From Elusimicrobiota bacterium (GTDB lineage Bacteria > Omnitrophota > Gorgyraeia > Zapsychrales > Fredricksoniimonadaceae): a DNA stretch of 35,226 nt. Within the stretch, counting starts at the first letter, position 1. Each line of letters begins with the position of its first letter. This document shows, one piece after another, positions 24,001 through 33,000 of the stretch. The position numbers were made by a program, and so were the translations under genes. The stretch covers positions 1 through 35,226 of the forward strand of contig JAAYZZ010000084.1 in assembly GCA_012514595.1 (NCBI GenBank), written 5' to 3'. The notes beneath the pieces were generated by a model. It ran no database searches. It saw nothing but the letters and a program-made list of their open reading frames with translations, and was not told where the DNA came from.

Positions 24001-27000
24001 GCGTGCTGACAAAGGCATCGATATCGAAATGGTCCGCGAACACAACGATCCGCTGTCCCGGCCTTGCGGAGAGAAGCTGGGCCCTGAAATCCTGTTCAAA
24101 GAAATCTTCCGGCGGATCGACGGAGATGGGGGCTCCCCGGCGGACCTGCGCGAGCACGCGCTCCTTCAAGGCGGAATAGGACGGGAATTCAACAGGCTGC
24201 GGGTGTCGGGAAGGACGGGCCAAGACAAAATCCGCGCTCCAGGACCGGTTGTGTTCCTGATGGATCAGAAATGCCTCTTCATCGGTGATCTTGGGATCGT
24301 GAACGGACAAGAACAGGCGGGTCAACTCTGCGTCACGAACATCCGGGGGAAGCCAGGTGATATACCCATGCGCGGCCACGAACTCGCGCAGCGGCATGCC
24401 GCCATGCCGGATCGCCTCATTCTCCGAACGCACGGATGTCTCAAACAGGATCTCCTCTGCGGATTCGCTGTCCCCCCGGGCCAACGCCTCCTGATAATCC
24501 TGCCAGTTCGGCCCCATCAATCCCGGGACACCCCGGGACCGATCCGCGCTGTTTTCCCCCTGCTCCTCACGCGTTGTCCGGGAAGAACTTCCCTGGGGGA
24601 CGATGATCGTCCGGCCTTTTCTCCGTGATCTCTTCGAAGGTTTTCTCTCGTTCTGGCCGACCGGATCCAAGACCGACGCCCTGTCCGTATCGGAAGAACG
24701 CCCACGAGCGGCGCGGCGTGCCGAGAAAGCACCGACCGTGCCAACAACAACAAACCCCCAGGCCACCTGCTCCCACCAGGGCTGAACACAGTCTCCCAGA
24801 CCCGTCAGGGAACAAAAGACAAGAAATCCGCCGAGAAAGACAAGCACCGAAAATGCGACCGCAAAAATATAGGCTCTGCCGGAACGACTATCCCGGAAAC
24901 TCGTCCGGAAAGGATCTTCCAGAACGCCGGCCCCCTGCGAAACAAAGAGAGGAATGGCCAGCAATATGAAAAGACCCGAGAGCAGGCCCGCGAGCCCCCA
25001 GAAGATATGAAGTCCCGCCAGAAGCGCAGTCCCGCCAAGCCAAAGGAACAGAAACGGTCGCAAAGAAACCGCTCCGGACCTCGAGTCCAGATCCCGGATG
25101 TTCCTCTTGAGGGTGCCCCGGGTTTCCGGATCCTCGACGAACTTCGCGACGCTCCGGCAGATCGCGACATCCCCGTAGCAATTGGGGGAGCCTGTCTCAT
25201 CGCACGACGAGTCCATGATAGATGCAGGGGATGTGCTGATATGTACCGTCGCGGGAACGATCCCGTCCTCCTCAAAAAGACGCTTGAGGAAACTTTTGAT
25301 CGTGTCCTCATCCGCGACGTCCGAACAGATATTGATCACGATCCTCTGCCGCCGCGGCCTCTGGGCCCAGGAGAAATAATCCGCAAATGTCGTTTTATGG
25401 AATTCTGCGACGTGTCTCTTGAGGACATCCAACCCCTGATCCTGATCTCCAATCCCCGGCACGAAGTTCACCCAAATATGCCGACGGATCCTCCCCTTTT
25501 CTGCCAGATCCATCGCGATCGTCCCCGGGGCATAACCATGGGTCCGATCGCTCCAGTACGCGTCAGAATGCAGGTCGATCCAAAGCTGGTCATTCCCCGT
25601 CTCCGAGATCTCTCCTCTTTCGATCGCATCATCAAAATAAAGATCGCTCTTGGCATGACTGTCAAAAATATAGACCCCGAAACCGAGATCCGTATTGATC
25701 CGGACATCCTGCGCCATTTCCGAGAATTCCGCCCCGAAATTTGGCGAACGCCTCACATCGGACGCGTGGCCTTCAATATAATTTTTTCGCAAATACCAAG
25801 CCTGATAAAGCCGTTCGACAGCAAGATTTTCAGCATGACGGCCACCGTGGGATTCATGGACCAAGACCGAAGACGGGGTGGGATTCTCATTCGTGGCAAT
25901 AAGGACATACCCGAGGAGATTCGCGCCGTAGGCGCTCTTCACCGGACCCGCCTTGACCCGGTGGGCGGCCAGCATCTCGCGCAGGCGAACCGCCTGAACC
26001 GTCTTTCCGGTCGCCTCGTAGAAGGACAGGACTGCCTTGACCCACGCCTCATCCCCCGACACCCCGCGCCAGCCCGCAGACGGATCCTTCACAACCCCCG
26101 ACCGGATCAGGCGCTTTGCCTCGCGAACGACATCCGCCTCGCTGAACCCCTTGCGAGGCTTCGCGCGATCCGTCGCGGATCCCTCCTGACCCGAGAGAAC
26201 CCGGGCGGTCCTGGCCTTATCCTGACGTTCCTTGACCTGGTCGTAGGTGCGGTTGTCGGGCCCGAACTGCGGCTGGGAAAAGTACTTGTTGGCATCATCC
26301 TCGATGGCCCAGCGCACATCGATCGGGTCCTTCTCGCCCTTCTGGAAGATCTGCGCAAAGACCTCGCCCGTGTGGATGACCTTGCCCTCATCGTAGACCG
26401 CACCGACAAGGCACGGACCCATGGTCGTGATCTCACGCGCCCGCACATGGAGCAGGATCGAATGATCGGCGATGGACCCCGCCTCCAGGTGCGGACACCC
26501 GAAGGCAAAGACACCCTTTCGGTTCGCCAAAAGAGCTCGAAGGCCCGGGCCACAGTCCGCGATCACGTTCCCGTTCTCATCCGGTACCACATCGAACAAC
26601 GCCTGAAGGGCACGTGCCATCTCCGAGAACACCCCGCCGTCATCCATGGCCAAAAGATCATAGAACGCAGGGACAAAGGTCGAATTCATCCCCGTGTCGA
26701 TGAAGATCATCTCCTCGGGATGCCCCAAGTCGCCGAACCCGACACCCATATCCTCGCGGAAAGACCGTGCGGCATGGAGGACCGCGCACCAGTCCGCAAA
26801 GGTGGTCCTGTTCTTGAGCACGTCCCCGTTCGTGGCCCAGGATTCATCGCGGGCCTCGTCGGTAAATGTCGATCCTCCCACCAGGATCGAGTTCTCGCTC
26901 AACCGTGCGGCCAGATACACCGGGGTCCCCCCCGGGGCCCGGACCGTAAAGTGCCGCATCAGGGCATCGATCCCCGCGGGGGTGTAGCGCCGCACAAAGA

Positions 27001-30000
27001 ACGACATGGCGGCGCGCCCTTCCGCGTCCTTGTAGAACGCCAGTCCGTCGGGGTTTGTCGTATCGTTCCCCACAACGCGAGGCTTCTCGCGGGCCACAAG
27101 GATGCGTCCCGCGGCATCGGTCTTGATGAGACAATTGTTGCGCATCGCGTGGTCGGCAAGGGACAGCATCTCATCCGTGATGTGTTCCCGGACCCCGCAG
27201 GTCACCAGGCCTTCAGCGCGCCCGTCGAAAAGCGTGGCATTTGTCGACAACAGCATCTGATCATTGGCGCGCAGGATCCAGCCCGGCTCGGCAAGACGGA
27301 ACTGGCAGCTCTCAAGGATCGTGCGGGCCATGTAGGACACAAGGCCGGGATTGACAATCAGGTGCTTGCCGCCCAACCCCAGCGCATGCGTGAAGGGTTC
27401 ATTACGCGTCCCGCGGCCGGCCAGCTGAATATGAAGCACGCGGGCCGTGTCTTTGTTCAGGCCCAAACGGGGCAGGGCCTGTTCGATCGCGATGTGGATC
27501 TCGGCCACCGAGGCATTGAGATTGTCCTTGAAGACGCCGCTCGGATTGATGACAAGAATGACCGGAAGGTCTGCCGGGTAGGCGACACCCCGAAGCGCCT
27601 GGATCGCCTGGCGGTTCACATCCAGCATCCACTCTTCCGTATCAAAGACCAGCGCGTCGAACTGGGCGCCGCCCTGCATGAAGACCGTAAAGTTCTCCCA
27701 CATCCGGCGCGCCGCGGCCAGACGGATCTTCAACGTAGAGGATGTGGATGGATCATTCTCCATCCTCGCGAAATAATCCCCATGTCTGCGGGTGATCGGT
27801 CTGGGGGCCTGGAACCCTTCGGGCTTCCTCAGGATCTCATAACGGTTCGGGTAGTCTGCGACCACCTCGGCCTGCCTGCCCCTGACGCGGTCCGCGATCA
27901 TCCGCGTGAACCCGAGCTCCCGGCCCAGGCGCACCGCCATCTGACGCTTGGTCACGAGGGTCCGCGTTCTGGCCTTGAGCCTGGCCTCTTCATCCTTCTG
28001 TTCTTGAGGGTTCAACACCAGGGCGTTCAGGGCCGTCATGAACCGTTGCAGAAGATCCTCATGGGCCAAAAGGGTCCGGGGATCCTCAGGCGCGACATGA
28101 TTGATCGCCGTTCGGGCCGTCTTGGAAAATTCTGCCGCGGCCGGGATCTTGTCCCTTTCGGACTCAAAGACGGCCAAGAGCATCCTGAACAGGATCTCGA
28201 ACTTGAGGCCCGCGCTGAGGACATCATTTCCCTTGACCGCATCGATCGTCCGTTGCGTATCCGTGAGATCGTCGTGCCCAACAGGCTTGTTCGTATCTCC
28301 GTATCCCTGCGGATGGCTCCGGTGCCACTTCCAGGCATCTACGATCGAATCGCGGGTGCTCTTCACCGGGGCCCACCCTGTCACCTGCTGGAACCGGCCC
28401 CCCTTCTCGGCGGTCAAGACATCGGGGTCGCCCTGACGCTTGTTCTCGACTGAGATCCGAGACGCCGCGTCCGGGATATCCGAGGAGACGACCTCGACCA
28501 CAAGATCTCGGATCTCCTTGGCCGACTTGGGATCGCTGGTCCCAAGGTTAAAGGAATCGCTGACGCCGCCCCCCAGAAGATAAACAAAGGCGCGATAATG
28601 CGCATCCGCCAGGTCTCGGCCATCGATATAATCGCGGACCGTTGTTCCGTCGGCCGTCTGGGCACGTTCCCCGGGGATCGTGTCGCCCGTGATGCGGTCC
28701 TTCACGCTCCCGTCGAGATGAATGCTCTTTCCGTTCGCGAGGGTCTTGAGGAACCAGGCGATCAGATGGGTCTCGGGATCGTGGTCCTCTCCCTTCACTC
28801 CCTCGTCAAAGGCGCCCGCGACGTTGAAGTACCGCAGACACACGGAGCGGATCCCCTTGCGGGCCGCATACTCCCTCAGGATCAGCTCCACTTCATATTT
28901 GTTCTCGCCATAAGGATGTATCGGCCGCAGCGGGAAACTCTCATTGATCCCCTGCCCTTCCGCCAGGACCGGTTCCCCATAGACGGCGCAGGAAGAGGAG
29001 AAAATGTAATACGGACACCCGAACTCGACCATCACGTCGAGAAGATTGAGCGAATTGGCGATGTTGTTCACGTAATACTGCGACGGCATGTTCAGGGAAT
29101 CCGGCACAACGATATAGAACGCGGTATGGACGACCACATCAGGCCTGTAGGCATGGAACGTCCGGCGCAGGGCCTCTTTGTCGGCGAGGTCCCCCTCGAC
29201 AAAGACCGCCTCGCCGGGAACCGCGGCACGGTGCCCCCCGGAGAGATTGTCGAAGACGACCACCCGGCAGCCTTGTGCCAGGAAATAATGAGAAAGGAAG
29301 GTCCCGACATATCCGGCCCCGCCCACGATCAGGACGGTCTTCCGGGCAAAATGAAGGACCTGGGCCAACTGCGAGGCCATGTCCCGCTTGACAGGATCTC
29401 TCAGCGCCGAGAACGCGGCCTCATATTTTTCCGCAAGGTCGCGGTCCGCCAGGGCCGCGGCCTCATATTCTCCCAGCTGACGCGTATCCAGGAGGGTCCG
29501 GCCCGCCCGGGCAAAGGCCATGGCCTTGTCTGCTGTGGCCGGCTCGGATTCGAACACGTTCACCAGGAACCGGAACAGGATCTCGAACTGAAGGTCCTTG
29601 GAAAGATATTCGTGAGAAGTCACCGCCTCAATCGTGTTCTTCGTGTCCTGGACCTCGGTCGGCGGAACAGGGACTTCCTCATCCCCGTAGCCGGTGAGAT
29701 GTGTCTTCTGGAACATCCACGCGTGACGCAGCGAATCGAGGAAATTGGTCTCGGCCCTCCAACCCGTCGCCTGCTGGAGCCGGGCGCTCGAGGCGATCAA
29801 GCGGGCCGGGTCCCCGCGCCGGGCGTTCTCGACCCTCAGACGCTCCTCGATCTCGGGGAACTCGTCTTTGAGGACCGTCTTGACCCCCTGGGCGATCTGC
29901 TTCGAGGAGTACCCGTCCGCGGTCCCGCAGTTGAACGGTCCCTGCAGGCCCTTCACGAACGCGGCCTCGTGAGCCTTGGCGAGATCCGTGGCGTCGATGT

Positions 30001-33000
30001 AATCCCGGATCGGGGTCCCGTCGGGAGTGTCCACCTGGATCGGCGGGATCGTCTCTCCCGTCACCGGGTTCTTGGTCGATCCGTCAAGCAACAGGCCCAT
30101 CACCGCCGCACGGCCCGAAAGCTCGCGGAGAAGGTCCAAACCCGCCTTCTGATCGGCCAGGACCTCTTCGGCCTTTTTCCCTCGGATCACATCCTTCAAA
30201 GTCCGACGGAGCGTCCCGTAGATCCGGATCAGTCCGCCCATCCCGATGTAGGGACGCGCCGTCCCCTCGGCCGGGACCGCAGGAACCACGTTCTTCTCTA
30301 ATAAGTCCCTCAACGACCTCTCCTGCGCCAGGCTCAGCACGGCCCCTGCGGTCTGACGCGCGATGAGGTCCCGGACGATCAGCTCGATCAAGGGCAGCTG
30401 CATCAGAAGCGGCACCAGATGCGTCTCGGGACTGTGGTCCTCCCCGATCGATCCATCGGCCGCAGACCCGAACACGTTGAAGTACCGCAGGAAGGTCGTC
30501 TTCACGCCGGTCTTCTTCGTATACGCGGTCAGGATCTCCTCGGTCAGGAACTTGCTATCGCCGTAGGTCTGGATCGGATTATTCGGCGTCTTCTCGGTGA
30601 TCACCGCATCCTCGGGCTGGCCATATGTCGCCGCACTCGAGGAGAAGATGAACTGCGCGACCTTACGGGTCGTCGACGCATTCGCGTTGTGCTCGCTGAT
30701 CGCATCCAGAAGACCCAACAGCCGCGCGATGTTGTTGTCATAGTACTTGCCGGGAAGGCTCACCGACTCCGACACCAAAGAGTGCGCGGCGAAGAAATAC
30801 ACGGCCTCAGGCTGATACGTCCTTAAAACCTCCTCGAGCCTGGAACGGTCCGCCACATCGGCAGAGATGAAATCCGCCCCCTTCACAACAGCCTTCGGAT
30901 GTCCCTTGATGCAGCTGTCGTACACGACCACCCGATATCCGTTCTCCGTCAGATGCTTGACCGTGTGGCTCCCCACATACCCCGCTCCTCCGATCACAAG
31001 GACGGAACGTGATCCGGGGACTTCTGCGGGTTGTTTCTCTTGACCCTCCCCGTTAAAATCAATGACCTGACGGAAAATATGAACACGGTTGGGGGCGTCC
31101 TTTCCGCCGATCTCCTCTCCCCTGTGGCGCAGAATATCGATCTGGATCCGCACCCCGGAACGGATGCTCTCATCTTCCGGCGAGAGCGCCGTGATCGTCC
31201 CCGGTTCCGAGGTCTTCTGATAATCGGCGAGGAGCGCCGGCATGGAGGGAACCTTGCTCTCAATCGTAACATGGACCGGGAGCCGTAAGATCTGGGACAT
31301 CGCCTCAGGTCCCCACCCGTTCCAATAGTCGCGCGTGAAGGTCTCCCGAAGCTTGAGCGGGTTGAAAGGCTTTCCGTTGTGAAGAATGACCAGGCGGATC
31401 CCGCGGTCGAAGGCATAAAGCTCGATGCCCAGGCTTCCCGGCTGACGGTCGCCGTCCGCCACGCGCCGACGGATCGCGTCAAAGGACCGATACACCCAGA
31501 ACTCGATCACATCCGAGAAGATCCTCTGCAATCTCCTGTGCGGACTGATCTCTGCGACGGCCTCCGGGAGGGCGCGGGAATGGAAATCGGAAGACCAATG
31601 CAGGAACTGCTCCTCTAGCGGGATCCCGAACAGCCCTTCGGACAGACGCTCCTTGAGGAACCAGTCCTCTCCCTGCAGATCGATGAAGGCATGGACATCT
31701 TTCTCGGTCCGCTCGTCATACGCCTCAAAACTGGGCACCAGGGACAATCCATAAAAGACCATCTGGATATCCGCCTCGGCCGGATCCTTGTACCCGCGGG
31801 TGCGGTCCTCGAACCGGACCGCGGTCCTGTTCTTGTCGTCGTGAAGGCGATACCGGAGATCCGCGAAATCCTTGAGCGCTTCAATGTTGGTATATTTTCC
31901 CTCGAAGATATAAACGACACCCTTCTCGAAGACGATCGGGATGTCCCGGCGCTCCATCTGACCGCGGATGTACGCATTGCGCACCACATAGTCCTCACGC
32001 TCACGGCCGGAGACACGGAAGGCCTGAAGATGCCGGAGAAGGTCCACGGCCCCGTCGAAATCAAAGAACCCTTCCTCCCCCAGATACGGCTCACCGGACC
32101 GGAGAGTGGTCACAAGGTCCCCGAGCAACGCCCTCTCCTCATCGGTCAGGACCAGTTCGCCGCTCGCCGGGTCATGGGCCACGACCTTCTGGACGGCCTC
32201 GCGCCAATGGCGGTCCCGAAGATACCAGTCCAGTTCCAGGATCTTCACGCGCACCTGGCTCTGGGACAGGACCTTCTCGATCAGTCTCGCGATCACGGTC
32301 TTTCCGGACCCGGACCCTCCGTCGATAGAGACGACCGGCACATTTCCCGGGACCCCGCGGGCCAGGCGTTCTCGGATATGACGCACCATGGGGATCACGA
32401 ACGGCTCCATCCTCGCCTGCAGATATTCAAAGGAACTCGCGAACAGGGGCCTCCCGGTCACGGGATCGATCGGCGGATGATTGTAGTACCCGTGCGCCCT
32501 GGCGAACTCGTGGGCCGCCAGCGGGATCACCGCCTGGTCCTGTCCATAACGATACCTCGTCGAGGAAAGACCCAGATCGATCTGCGAATGCTGCAAAAGT
32601 CCCATGGCAAGACGCTTCGCCCCCCCGTAAAGCGCCATGGCATGTTCGTTGTACTGATCCATCATGGCCTGGCTCATGGCAGCCCCGAACTTCCCGCGCT
32701 GGATCCAGTAAATGCTGATCCGGTGCCGCGGGTCCATCCGTCCCTCATAATCCTTGAAGAACGTATAGAACTGACGGCAGTAATTCACGACCCGCTGTTC
32801 GCTCTCGATCCCGAGAAGGTACACAAAATGCATGCGCCGGCCGCGATTGTCCTCCATCAGACGGATCATGGAGGCGAACCCTTCATCCTCATTATCCGGC
32901 TCGCTGGAAAGGTCCGTGTACCGGACCAGAGGATTGAGGACCGCGATCGCCAGGCGGGACATCATGTGCCGATGTTCCGTCGAGACCTTCTCCGAACGAT

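Larger units (their letters stand above)
28157..31003 (-). repeat. Protein-level tandem duplication: [GalE-like domain + conserved helical tail] x2
   Basis: Each GalE copy ends in GYGD. Exactly 16 codons later each is followed by a homologous 31-aa tail: TIEAVTSHEYLSKDLQFEILFRFLVNVFESE (29543-29635) and TIDAVKGNDVLSAGLKFEILFRMLLAVFESE (28157-28249). A shared DNA core, gaacaggatctcgaact, occurs in both. Confidence 0.8.

Noticed and set aside
25559-25675. A possible UPF0489-like D-x-H ... D-x-H-x-D pattern (VYIFDSHAKSDLYFDD ... WIDLHSDAY).
   Set aside because: This is a pattern-level resemblance from memory only. I cannot verify the family signature without an HMM, so it is left unassigned.
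25007-28453. A + strand ORF of 1,148 aa. The same applies to 28598-30301, 31691-34003, 11687-14623 and 8027-9532.
   Set aside because: All are in the single frame with start = 2 mod 3 and lie opposite well-supported sense-strand domains (NTP-transferase-like, GalE x2, P-loop kinase, NMNAT-like, HAD). Independent genes would not all share one frame across 35 kb.
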